A DNA stretch of 17,905 nt. It comes from Candidatus Hydrogenedentota bacterium (GTDB lineage Bacteria > Hydrogenedentota > Hydrogenedentia > Hydrogenedentales > SLHB01). Of this stretch, positions 7,890 through 16,304 are shown in pieces. Where the stretch lies: NCBI GenBank assembly GCA_045863295.1, contig BTWA01000019.1:90188-108092 (forward strand). Reading direction: 5' to 3'. The notes beneath the pieces were generated by a model. The model was not told the DNA's origin. It ran no database searches and saw only the letters and a program-made list of their open reading frames with translations. How positions within the stretch are numbered: the stretch's first letter is position 1; the number at the start of each line of letters is the position of its first letter. The position numbers were made by a program, and so were the translations under genes.

Positions 7890-8819
7890 CTAGTTGAACA
7901 ATTCACCCACCGAGATGGCCATCAAGCGGGAGATAGGGGCCTTGCCCGGGTAGCGGATGAAGGACACGTGGCCGTCCATGTACAGCACGTTGCAACCGCC
8001 GGGGACGTGATTGAAGTTTTTCACTTCCGTCGACAGCGCGTCGTACATGATGTCGATTTCGCTTTGGGCCTTGTTGCCGGAAGCGGACGCATTGATGTTC
8101 GTGATCAGGAAGCGCTCAATGCCTTCCTTCAAACGGTTCACCTTGTTGCTGTTGGCGTTACCGATGGCATTCCACGGGGACTGAAGCGTCAGATCGCCGT
8201 CAATGACGTTGAACATGTTTACATTGTTACCGGAGGTCACGTGAGGCACCGCTGTCGTCAGCAGACGATCCACGGCTGCCAGATACTGGGCCGAACCGGC
8301 ATTCGCGGGGTTGTCGATGCCCGAGCCAAGCACGAGCATAATGCCAGGGAACGTGGAGATCACCGCGGACGGATCGGAGTCGCCGGTGCGGTCGATCAAC
8401 CAGCCCATGTAGCTATAGCTGGCGTCGGCGTCATCACGACGTCCGGGCGTGTACACGTCGATGTTTCCGGTCGCGCTGTTCGTCAGGTCCTGCTCGTCGT
8501 TGTTCGGATCGGACGGGCACAGGAACGTGGCCTGATCCGTCATGTATTCCGGATAGACGGAAAGGACGCGCGGAGCGGCGGCCAAATCCACCGTGCCGGG
8601 GCCATAGGTGTCGATCTGCATGGGCGGGAACTTCTGGCCGAAGGATTCGCCGGCATACATCTTGAACGCCAAACCCCATTGCTTGAGGTTGTTCTGGCAG
8701 CTGGCACGACGCGCCGCTTCACGGGCACGCGCCAACGCGGGCAGCAAAATCGCCGCAAGAATACCGATGATGGCGATCACCACCAGCAGTTCGATAAGCG
8801 TAAAGCCTCTCTTCTTCAT
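7890..8819 (-). CDS. Prepilin-type N-terminal cleavage/methylation, DUF1559 and H-X9-DG domain protein (paralog 2)
   Basis: MKKRG^[73 protein letters not shown] before ATG 8819. The 754-aa track ORF is an upstream over-extension. Confidence 0.92.
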   Translation of the reverse strand: MKKRGFTLIELLVVIAIIGILAAILLPALARAREAARRASCQNNLKQWGLAFKMYAGESFGQKFPPMQIDTYGPGTVDLAAAPRVLSVYPEYMTDQATFLCPSDPNNDEQDLTNSATGNIDVYTPGRRDDADASYSYMGWLIDRTGDSDPSAVISTFPGIMLVLGSGIDNPANAGSAQYLAAVDRLLTTAVPHVTSGNNVNMFNVIDGDLTLQSPWNAIGNANSNKVNRLKEGIERFLITNINASASGNKAQSEIDIMYDALSTEVKNFNHVPGGCNVLYMDGHVSFIRYPGKAPISRLMAISVGELFN

Positions 8820-8971
8820 GATTGAGTTCCTTTTCGCGGTAGACTTACCGCATATATAATAACGTTGATGCTTGGTTGAAGCAGCCGACACAAGGCGGCT
8901 TCGCAGAGTGGGTGTAGATGTTGCGCCGTTGCACCTCCCCGTCCACATGGGCTCCTTCCCGCAAGGAGCCA

Positions 8972-8987
8972 GGTTTATTGATAACCC
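8972..8987. promoter_or_regulatory. Degenerate copy of the operator palindrome upstream of DUF1559 gene 2
   Basis: GGTTTATTGATAACCC matches AGGTTATCGATAACCT at 12/16 positions and is in a similar position just after the -10 box. Confidence 0.5.
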
Positions 8988-8992
8988 TTTGT

Positions 8993-9021
8993 AGGATACT
9001 TCAAATGAAACCTTTTGGCAA
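8993..9021 (-). promoter_or_regulatory. Sigma70-type promoter of DUF1559 gene 2
   Basis: TTGCCA (9021-9016), 17 nt spacer, TATCCT (8998-8993). Confidence 0.6.
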
Positions 9022-9191
9022 GGGGTAAGATAAATCGCTATACTCATGTCAGACAAACCCCGATTCGGTCGTTCGGTGGAATGGGGAGGCATCGGGGGGA
9101 GGCGCGGCCTACGAGCAGATTTACCCAAGCCGAAGGAGCCGGCATTCTGTAGTGCGGGGTTGATTTCCTGTTCCAAAAAGGTGCAAATGCC

Positions 9192-10265
9192 ATGACGCGT
9201 GAAGTCGAACGGTGGACCATCCACGACATCGCCCGGGAACTGGGCGTATCGGCGATGACCATTAGCCGGGTTATCAACAATGACAAAGGGGTCGGCCAGG
9301 CAACCCGTGAACGCGTGCAGCAGTTTATTGAAGAGGTCGGCTACCAGCCGCATTCCGGGGCTCGGAGCCTCCGGGGCACACACCGCGACTGCATCGGCGT
9401 GACCTTGCCGGCGCCCCCGGAACTCGTTCCCATCAGCCAGGACATGTTGACGTGGCTGTTTGCGGAGTTGTGGCGCATTTTTGGCCTGCGGCGCGATTAC
9501 ATCGTCTTTGATCTGAACCCGTTTGACGGGGAAAACACGCTGGACTATGCCCGTGGATTGTGGCAGCGCCGGTGCGGCGGGTGCGTGATAGCCGGCCCAT
9601 TGCCGACGAACGATAAGATTGTTGAATTGATTCACCGTAAGGGTCACCCGTACCTGACGCTCGGGCGCCTCGATTCGTTTCCGGAGACCAGTTTTGCCAC
9701 CGTCGACTATGACAAGGCCGCATACCTCAGCACGAAGTTTCTTATCGACAAGGGGCATCGCTGCATCGGATTGTTGAAAGCTTTGACAGGGTATCAACCC
9801 GGCGTGGAACGCCTGCGAGGATACCGCAGGGCGTTGGACGAAGCGGGTATCCCGTTTGACGAGGCCTTGGTCCGGCCCACCAATTTTCAGGCTGGCCATT
9901 TGGCAAGCATGGTGTACCGCCTGTTGCACGACACGCGCGTGACGGCCGTGGTTGATTGCAGCGGCACGGGCGACGCCGAAGGCATCCGCGCCGGATCGGC
10001 GCGGGCCGGCCGAATCCCCGGCAAGGATTACGAAATCGTGGTGTGGACCTATGTCTACAACAAGGCCATCCTTCCCGAGGCCTCGGCGCACGTGTGGCTG
10101 CCGGTGCGCGACGCCGCCACCGAGGGCCTCGAACTGCTGGGCAAATGGTTTCACGGAGAGGCCGAAGGCCCCGTGCAGGTGCTGTATCCGCCCATGTTGA
10201 TGCCCGAAGTGACCGGCGGCATCCTGAGCAAGCCGCAGCCGGTATTCGATTTAATCACATCCTGA
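9192..10265 (+). CDS. LacI family transcriptional regulator
   Basis: N-terminal [24 protein letters not shown], hinge [10 protein letters not shown], sugar-binding domain with [20 protein letters not shown] and [11 protein letters not shown]. Confidence 0.93.
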   Translation: MTREVERWTIHDIARELGVSAMTISRVINNDKGVGQATRERVQQFIEEVGYQPHSGARSLRGTHRDCIGVTLPAPPELVPISQDMLTWLFAELWRIFGLRRDYIVFDLNPFDGENTLDYARGLWQRRCGGCVIAGPLPTNDKIVELIHRKGHPYLTLGRLDSFPETSFATVDYDKAAYLSTKFLIDKGHRCIGLLKALTGYQPGVERLRGYRRALDEAGIPFDEALVRPTNFQAGHLASMVYRLLHDTRVTAVVDCSGTGDAEGIRAGSARAGRIPGKDYEIVVWTYVYNKAILPEASAHVWLPVRDAATEGLELLGKWFHGEAEGPVQVLYPPMLMPEVTGGILSKPQPVFDLITS

Positions 10266-10268
10266 TAC

Positions 10269-12296
10269 CTATGAATCCGTTCGCGTCAGCTTTGCCGCAT
10301 ACCCGCGAATGATTGCCGTGCGGCCCGCCGCAAGGTCAGCGTCGATGCGCGCCGCTGTGTTTTCTTCGCCGAATGCATCCGCGATGTCGCAGTCCTTTGC
10401 ATCCGCGGACTCGATGGGCCGTTCGAGCGGTTCCAACGAATCGAGGCCGCCCTTGACAGTGCAGACCTGCACAAACAGGGTGTTCATGTCCCGCAATCGC
10501 AGCGCGGATTGCGAAAGCGACAACACAATGGATCCCTTTCCGGAATTCCACATCGCGTGCTTGTCCAGGTACGTCACGTTGGGAAATTCCGCGCCGCCGA
10601 ATCCCGATGCCTTAAAGGCCGTCCGAATCTCGCCCGATTCGTCGTGCACTTCGACATCGTACTGGCTGTTCGATTCCGAGTCGAACCAGTGGCGCAACAC
10701 GATGCGCGCGCGCAGTTTTCGATCCCATAAGGTCGAGGGAGTCAGCGGGGAAACGCCTTCGCCGGGTTCCTGATCGCTCAGGGCGATGATTACGTCCCGC
10801 AGAATCAATCCTTCCAAATCGTTTGGTGAATTCGAGTCGATGCGCAAATACAGCCGGTCGCCGGACCAGCGGGCCCAGAGTCCCGTCAGGTCCCGCGTGG
10901 GGTCGGTGTCAAACTCGTATTTGGTTTTGGCCGCCTCGGTTCCGTAGGTCCGGATCCAGTCGCCTTCGGGATCCGTTGCTACGCGGTCGGACTCCCGCCA
11001 GATGATCGGCATGGCCTGATTCCGAAGGCTCTGATCCAGGTGGCGCAGCGATTCGATGGCCTCGTCGAGGTCATTGCGCGGAGGAGCCAATGCCATCTGC
11101 ATTCGGGAATACCAGACCGAGTCGTTGAGATCCGTATCCGGAAACCGGAACATCAATTCTTCATAGGCCTTCATTGCCAGCGTGATATCGCCGCTCGATT
11201 CGAACCGTTGCGCTGCCGCGAATATCCGTTCTTCTTCATTTCGCCATACCGTCGTGCCGGTGGCCGTGGCCAGATCCAGCGTGCGAACGACATTGGTGTC
11301 GCCTCCGGGCTGACTCACATAGGCGACCGAATCGTTCACGGGATTGGCAATGGCCCATCCGGCCCCCATGGGATCATGGGTGATCACGTCAACCGCCTTC
11401 GTCTCGATATCGACCGAGACAATCTGGATGGACGAAGGCCAGTTGGCATCCGGGTCCCGATCGAGGTTGTCTGCCGCGGCCGTCGCGATGATGCGCTTGC
11501 CGTCTCGATGCAGGCTGAGTCCCGTAAATGCGAACACGCGATCGGCCAGCACCGCAGCCGACTTGCCGGTCATGGAATACAGCATCAACTTGCCGACTTC
11601 ATCCGGCCCGCCGTCGTTGCCGACTTCTACATAGGCAAATCGCGTATCGTCCACCCACAGCGGCGACATGGCGACCGTACCTTCGTTGCTGGGAATAAGG
11701 GTCTCAACAGCCGGCGGATCCGCCATAAGATCGATGCGATCCAGGGAAACGAGTGTTTTTCCTTCCGGTTCGCTCAACGTGCAAACGAGCACCTGTTTGC
11801 CGGACGGGCTGACGGCAGGCATCAACAGCGTGTCGGGCTCCGAGGTCTTGTGAAGCAACCTGCGCGTTGCCGGATCGTCCAGCGGCTGTTCGAACAACAT
11901 GGTCTCGCTCTTCTCGTCGTCGTACTCGACGATATAGCCCATGCGGCCGTCTGCCGAAATCGTAAAGCCCATGCCCCGCGTCTCATAGCCGTAGTTTTGC
12001 CAGTCCTGTCCTTCCAATCCGCACGTGGCGAATCCGCCCTCGTCGAGGGAATTCGATCCCGTGAACACGAACAACCGGTCGTCGCTAATCTGTTTCGCAT
12101 AGGCGACGGTCTTGGCCGGAAGAATCCATTTCGACTCGCGCAGTTGCGTATCCCACACCCACAGACCTTCTCCGTCCGGATTGGCGATGTACACGTAACG
12201 CCCGTCGGGACTCCATGTGATCAACGTAAACTCGACGCAGCCGCTCACCAGCATGAGTAGCGGCGCCAACAAGAAGACAACCGTGATGCGCTTCAT
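10269..12296 (-). CDS. Predicted lipoprotein: TolB/WD40-like beta-propeller, TPR-like segment and beta-rich C-terminal domain
   Basis: Signal peptide with lipobox LVSG^C; blade-like motifs WSPDGRY, ISADGRM, VSPSGKQ, LHRDGKRI; TPR-like AMKAYEELMFRFPDT. AGGAGG RBS; ATGA overlap with the upstream gene. Confidence 0.75.
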   Translation of the reverse strand: MKRITVVFLLAPLLMLVSGCVEFTLITWSPDGRYVYIANPDGEGLWVWDTQLRESKWILPAKTVAYAKQISDDRLFVFTGSNSLDEGGFATCGLEGQDWQNYGYETRGMGFTISADGRMGYIVEYDDEKSETMLFEQPLDDPATRRLLHKTSEPDTLLMPAVSPSGKQVLVCTLSEPEGKTLVSLDRIDLMADPPAVETLIPSNEGTVAMSPLWVDDTRFAYVEVGNDGGPDEVGKLMLYSMTGKSAAVLADRVFAFTGLSLHRDGKRIIATAAADNLDRDPDANWPSSIQIVSVDIETKAVDVITHDPMGAGWAIANPVNDSVAYVSQPGGDTNVVRTLDLATATGTTVWRNEEERIFAAAQRFESSGDITLAMKAYEELMFRFPDTDLNDSVWYSRMQMALAPPRNDLDEAIESLRHLDQSLRNQAMPIIWRESDRVATDPEGDWIRTYGTEAAKTKYEFDTDPTRDLTGLWARWSGDRLYLRIDSNSPNDLEGLILRDVIIALSDQEPGEGVSPLTPSTLWDRKLRARIVLRHWFDSESNSQYDVEVHDESGEIRTAFKASGFGGAEFPNVTYLDKHAMWNSGKGSIVLSLSQSALRLRDMNTLFVQVCTVKGGLDSLEPLERPIESADAKDCDIADAFGEENTAARIDADLAAGRTAIIRGYAAKLTRTDS

Positions 12297-12898
12297 CCTG
12301 TCCTCCTTTCAAAGAGGCGAACTCGTTCGCGAACTTGATCGAGCATTCGGATCAAACCGGTATCGCCTCCGGCCCGCGTGTCCGGATACTCCCGTTGCAA
12401 CAACGCCAGCCGGGCCTCCGCCTGATCGATTTTGCGATCGGCAAGCAACTGCACGATCTGGCCGTGCAAGGCTTCGGCCGCCGATTCGCGCACCAGCCGA
12501 TCCGCGCGATCCCTGGACATCGCGACGTCGCTACTTGACGTGATAGCCGCTGGGACGGGGGGCGACGCGGGAATCACAGCATCGCGAGAGGGCGATGCCG
12601 CAAACAACCCCACGGCAATCCCCGCGGCAAAACCGGCCGCGAGTTGGCCCCACTGAAAGCGGCGCCACGTCGATCGCCGCTTTCCCAATACCGCTTCCGG
12701 TGGCCGGATGTCCGGCGCCTGCCATTCCGACATCACCGCGGAAACCTTGCGAAGCTCACGCACCTGATTTTGCCGCACGGTATCCGTGGCGAGATATCCT
12801 TCCAGCCCTGCGGTCTCCTCGAAGGACAGTTCACCGTCGACGTAGGCCGACAGCACTTCGTTCCAACCTTCTTCTGTTTGTGGTGGCATCCAACTCAT
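12293..12898 (-). CDS. Transmembrane anti-sigma factor (ZAS/zf-HC2-like N-terminus without the His/Cys ligands)
   Basis: LSAYVDGELS motif, single TM segment (LAAGFAAGIAVGLFAA), directly downstream of the ECF sigma gene with ATGA coupling at 12895-12898. Confidence 0.8.
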   Translation of the reverse strand: MSWMPPQTEEGWNEVLSAYVDGELSFEETAGLEGYLATDTVRQNQVRELRKVSAVMSEWQAPDIRPPEAVLGKRRSTWRRFQWGQLAAGFAAGIAVGLFAASPSRDAVIPASPPVPAAITSSSDVAMSRDRADRLVRESAAEALHGQIVQLLADRKIDQAEARLALLQREYPDTRAGGDTGLIRMLDQVRERVRLFERRTG

Positions 12899-13416
12899 TC
12901 GTCCATCTCCAACACGTTTCGCAGTTGGTGTCGCAATAACTCCCGGGCCCGGGCAATGCGGCTTTTTACCGTGCCCAGCGGACAATCGACAATCGACGCA
13001 ATGGCCTCATAGCTCAGTCCTTCATACTCGCGCAGTACAATCGCCTCCCGCATGTCCACGGGCAATGCGTGGACAGCGGCCTGCACCAGCGCGGCCCGCT
13101 CGTTCGCGGCCATTGCATCGGCCGGACCCGCCGCGCGCGCGGGAAGCCCGTGGCCGAGTTCCGTTTCCGGATGGCGCGTGCGCCGGCGCAAATGGCTGAT
13201 GCACAGGTTTCGCGCCACCACAAACACCCAGCGCCGGCTCTCTTCCACGCCGCCGTCGCGCAGGGCCGATTGTGCAAGGCGCGCAAAGGCCTCCTGGGTC
13301 ACATCTTCGGCGACGGTCCGTTCGCCGGTCATGCGCCACGCAAAACCGAACACAGCGCGATAGTGCGCATCTATCGCGTCCCAAAAAGGGCCGCCCGGAC
13401 TGTCGTGGTGCTGCAT
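12895..13416 (-). CDS. ECF-type RNA polymerase sigma factor
   Basis: Region 2 AEDVTQEAF...WVFVVARNLCISHLRR; region 4 LPVDMREAIVLREYEGLSYEAIASIVDCPLGTVKSRIARAR. Start ATG 13416 or TTG 13422. Confidence 0.93.
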   Translation of the reverse strand: MQHHDSPGGPFWDAIDAHYRAVFGFAWRMTGERTVAEDVTQEAFARLAQSALRDGGVEESRRWVFVVARNLCISHLRRRTRHPETELGHGLPARAAGPADAMAANERAALVQAAVHALPVDMREAIVLREYEGLSYEAIASIVDCPLGTVKSRIARARELLRHQLRNVLEMDE

Positions 13417-13442
13417 GTTCAATTAATTTTCTCTGCTTTCAC

Positions 13443-13467
13443 AACGCGGAGAGGTTGGAATAGTTCC
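13443..13467 (-). promoter_or_regulatory. ECF-type promoter, probably autoregulatory
   Basis: GGAAC (13467-13463), 16 nt spacer, CGTT (13446-13443), about 25 nt upstream of the ECF start codon. Confidence 0.7.
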
Positions 13468-13522
13468 AGGCACACTTGCAGCATTTTGCTATTTGTGACG
13501 CTTTCGGACAAGATGGAAGGCA

Positions 13523-13534
13523 TGAATATATTCA
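13523..13534. promoter_or_regulatory. 12-bp palindrome upstream of the TA operon (candidate operator overlapping a -10-like TATATT)
   Basis: TGAATATATTCA, 18 nt before the toxin start codon. Confidence 0.4.
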
Positions 13535-13552
13535 GCGTGAGGCACTGAAATC

Positions 13553-13804
13553 GTGCAATACACATGCAAGTTTAAACCTCAAGCATTGAAAGATTTGCGA
13601 AGTATTCCTGAAAAGGAAGCACACCGCATATTAGCGGCCATACGAATCATGGGCAATGACTTGCAGGGTGATGTAAAGCACTTGACATCATTCTCTCCGG
13701 AATATCGACTTCGTGTTGGCAACTACCGGATTCTGTTCGAACTGGAAGGTGCAGTCATAACGATATATCGTATAATTCCGAGACAAGACGCCTATCGCAT
13801 GTAA
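13553..13804 (+). CDS. Type II toxin, RelE/ParE superfamily
   Basis: 83 aa: FKPQALKDLRSIP, GDVKHL, YRLRVGNYRILFE, IYRIIPRQDAY. GTG start with GAGG upstream. Confidence 0.9.
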   Translation: MQYTCKFKPQALKDLRSIPEKEAHRILAAIRIMGNDLQGDVKHLTSFSPEYRLRVGNYRILFELEGAVITIYRIIPRQDAYRM

Positions 13805-13817
13805 GAAAGGGACAAGT

Positions 13818-14015
13818 ATGAAGCTACACCCCAGTTTTATAGAAGAAGATGGGAAACGTCGTTTTGCCGTATTGCCCATACGCGAATACGAGAATCTTAC
13901 CAATTACCTTGAAGATCTCGAAGACCTTCTCGAACTTCGACATGCCAAAAAGGGCGAAGCCAACGAACCGGCAGTTGGGCTCGATGAAGCGGAAAAACTG
14001 ATATCCGGACAGTGA
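13818..14015 (+). CDS. Putative cognate antitoxin (small acidic protein)
   Basis: 65 aa, acidic; FAVLPIREYENL..YLEDLEDL and GLDEA resemble Phd/RelB-like antitoxin tails. Starts 13 nt after the toxin stop, with AAAGGGA RBS. Confidence 0.8.
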   Translation: MKLHPSFIEEDGKRRFAVLPIREYENLTNYLEDLEDLLELRHAKKGEANEPAVGLDEAEKLISGQ

Positions 14016-14046
14016 CTGTGTATATCGGATATCACTACGGGTCTCA

Positions 14047-15477
14047 TCACTGCTTCGCCGTGAAGCTCAGATCGTCAAAATATACCACTTGCCCGTTCCC
14101 ATCGACCCATGGCGTTACCAGTCCAAACCGGTTGAACACGGCATCCGGAGATACTTGATCGGCCGGCAGCGCGATTTCTACCGTCTTGCCGTCCAAACTC
14201 AACGCAATCGTCGCGTCCTTACCTTTTGCCGCTGGCTTATATTCCAACGTCCAATGGTGGACAGCGCTGTCCGGGTAAACAACCGGAGCGTTGTCGTACG
14301 CCCCGGACGCCGCTCCCAAGCCGTGGCCCCGATACACCGGATACACAAAGAATCCCTGGCTGGATGGGCCTTCGATGCAAAACCCAAGCACATCGGAAGG
14401 CATGCCGTCGCTCTGACTGTCGTGCACTTTGACGCTGTGTTCGGCGTTGAAAAATCCGAAGAGCGTGGTGCTGTCCGAAATGCCGCGCTTAAACGTCAGC
14501 TTGCCCGCCGCCTTGATCGGTTTGGCCAGCGTCAACGGCTCCAGCACCGCCCCATAGTAGGCGAGCTTGTCCGGGTACCGGCAGTCGCCCCGAAAAAACA
14601 GGCCGCCCATTTCACCCGGGGCCCCGCCGGCAAAGCTCGTTTTGCTGAAACCGAAATTGAAGCGCGGGCGCACATCCTCGGTGTAATACCTCACCCGGTT
14701 GCGCCGGCGATCCCATTGGGGATCGGAGGACAGATCGATCGACTCGCCATTGACCGTTAGATCGCGAATCCACATGCGGCCCGGACCATCGGCATGTTTA
14801 ACGATGTTGAACAATCCAAAGTGATCAAAGGTCGCCCCATCGGCACGGAGTCCAGCGGAAATCTCAAAGTCTGCCGTGACGCCGTTGAGCGTGGCATGGA
14901 CCATTCCCGCGCCGTCCTTGCCGTTCGGGTCGTAGGAAAGCGTCCAGGTGTACTCTCCCGAACTTGGATTTTCCACGGCATTGTTCCGGTCCGTCTGCGG
15001 GTTGTATGTGCCGATGATGCCAGCGGTTGCGCGCCACTTGTTAGAGCAAAACTCCGTGTGCGCGTGAAACGTTTCGCCCCGGCCGTTGATTCGAAACGCG
15101 AGTGTGTTTGGCGTGCGCCATTCGTTCATTGTGCTCGCATTGAAGAACCCGAGCAGGTGATTTCCGCCGCCCGGTTCCATCACCAGCGTGCCCGAGGCTT
15201 CAAAGGGTTCATCCAACGTTTTGATTGGGATGGGCAACGCGTAGTAGGCCGGCACGCCGTCCGGCGTAATCAAGCCGCCGATGGACGGCGCGCGGTTGGC
15301 ATCGCCGGGGTCGTAGCCGAAGTCCTGTTCAATGGGACGGATCTCCATTGCGGATCGGTTGTTCAGTCCGTCCCATTGCGGATCGTCGTCAAAGGACTCG
15401 GATCGAATCTCGGCGCCCAACGCCGTCAGTCCGCCTAGTAAACCCATCACGGCTGCTGCAATACGGTGCGTACGCAT
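14047..15477 (-). CDS. Secreted hypothetical protein with two homologous ~220-aa beta-rich domains
   Basis: Sec-type signal peptide (MRTHRIAAAVMGLLGGLTALGA); duplicated motifs DPQWD, AYY, GFFNA, WTL.Y.P, F..FGL. AGGAG RBS. Confidence 0.8.
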   Translation of the reverse strand: MRTHRIAAAVMGLLGGLTALGAEIRSESFDDDPQWDGLNNRSAMEIRPIEQDFGYDPGDANRAPSIGGLITPDGVPAYYALPIPIKTLDEPFEASGTLVMEPGGGNHLLGFFNASTMNEWRTPNTLAFRINGRGETFHAHTEFCSNKWRATAGIIGTYNPQTDRNNAVENPSSGEYTWTLSYDPNGKDGAGMVHATLNGVTADFEISAGLRADGATFDHFGLFNIVKHADGPGRMWIRDLTVNGESIDLSSDPQWDRRRNRVRYYTEDVRPRFNFGFSKTSFAGGAPGEMGGLFFRGDCRYPDKLAYYGAVLEPLTLAKPIKAAGKLTFKRGISDSTTLFGFFNAEHSVKVHDSQSDGMPSDVLGFCIEGPSSQGFFVYPVYRGHGLGAASGAYDNAPVVYPDSAVHHWTLEYKPAAKGKDATIALSLDGKTVEIALPADQVSPDAVFNRFGLVTPWVDGNGQVVYFDDLSFTAKQ

Positions 15478-15528
15478 AAAGGGCTCCTGTGATCGTGCGC
15501 GATGTACTGCAGTCGCGATTTGAAATTC

Positions 15529-16302
15529 TCACTCTCCAAAGACAATCCGTTTCAAACGGCGCGTGGCTTCCGCCGGATCGGGGAATCCCCAAATGTTCCG
15601 GCCTACGGTTGCGCCCGCGGCGCCACTCGCGACGACTTCCGCGATCATCGATTCCGCATCTTCAATCGTCTTGCACGTGGGACCGCCCGCGCTGACGATG
15701 GGTACCGGCGAACAATTGACAATATCACGAAACGACGCCACGTCGCCGGTATAGGGCACCTTTACAATGTCCGACCCCATCTCGATCCCGATTCGCGCCG
15801 CGTAGAAGACATCGTCCGCGAGGAGACTCACGGAATGTCCCTCGTCCTCCGCTCCGATGGGGTAGATGTGCGGAATAACCGGGAGGCCATACGGTTCCGC
15901 TTCGCGCACCACGGAGGCCAGATGTTTGATTTGATCGGCCTCGGTTTTGTTCTTGACGCAGATCGCCACTGCAATCGCATCTGCGCCGAGGCCCACCACT
16001 TCCGCAACAGAAGCATGCGCGCCAAAATACTCGTCGGGATGCGGACGCACGACCATCTGCTGCACGATGAATGGCACTTTACCCGCATAAGGTTCCATAT
16101 ACCGCATCGCGATGCCCTTGTTCATGGTGATCGCGCTCGGTTCGCCCGCCACTATTTGCCGCAGGCAGTCCGCCATGTCGCGAATGCCCGCCGGCATGCC
16201 CATGGGATAATTGCACATGTGATCGACCGCCACGGAAAGTATCCGGCGGGAAGGATGGCTGAAAATCCGGTTCATTCGCACACGTTTGCCGAGGGAACTC
16301 AT
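15529..16302 (-). CDS. Class I aldolase, DhnA/FbaB/LsrF family
   Basis: AVDH, GADAIAV, IYP, Schiff-base lysine motif GSDIVKVPYTG, SAGG, GATVGRNIW. AAGGAG RBS 5 nt before ATG 16302. Confidence 0.9.
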   Translation of the reverse strand: MSSLGKRVRMNRIFSHPSRRILSVAVDHMCNYPMGMPAGIRDMADCLRQIVAGEPSAITMNKGIAMRYMEPYAGKVPFIVQQMVVRPHPDEYFGAHASVAEVVGLGADAIAVAICVKNKTEADQIKHLASVVREAEPYGLPVIPHIYPIGAEDEGHSVSLLADDVFYAARIGIEMGSDIVKVPYTGDVASFRDIVNCSPVPIVSAGGPTCKTIEDAESMIAEVVASGAAGATVGRNIWGFPDPAEATRRLKRIVFGE

Positions 16303-16304
16303 GG

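Noticed and set aside
7619..7897. 92-aa plus-strand ORF in the spacer between the DUF1559 genes
   Set aside because: TTG start without RBS, runs through the terminator hairpin, no recognisable motif. The 7580-7810 stretch remains unexplained, but I cannot support a small RNA or gene call.
8820..10154. 754-aa ORF appearing to fuse a long N-terminal region to DUF1559 paralog 2
   Set aside because: The extension is the antisense of the LacI gene plus promoter DNA. A prepilin leader must be N-terminal, and ATG 8819 has its own RBS.
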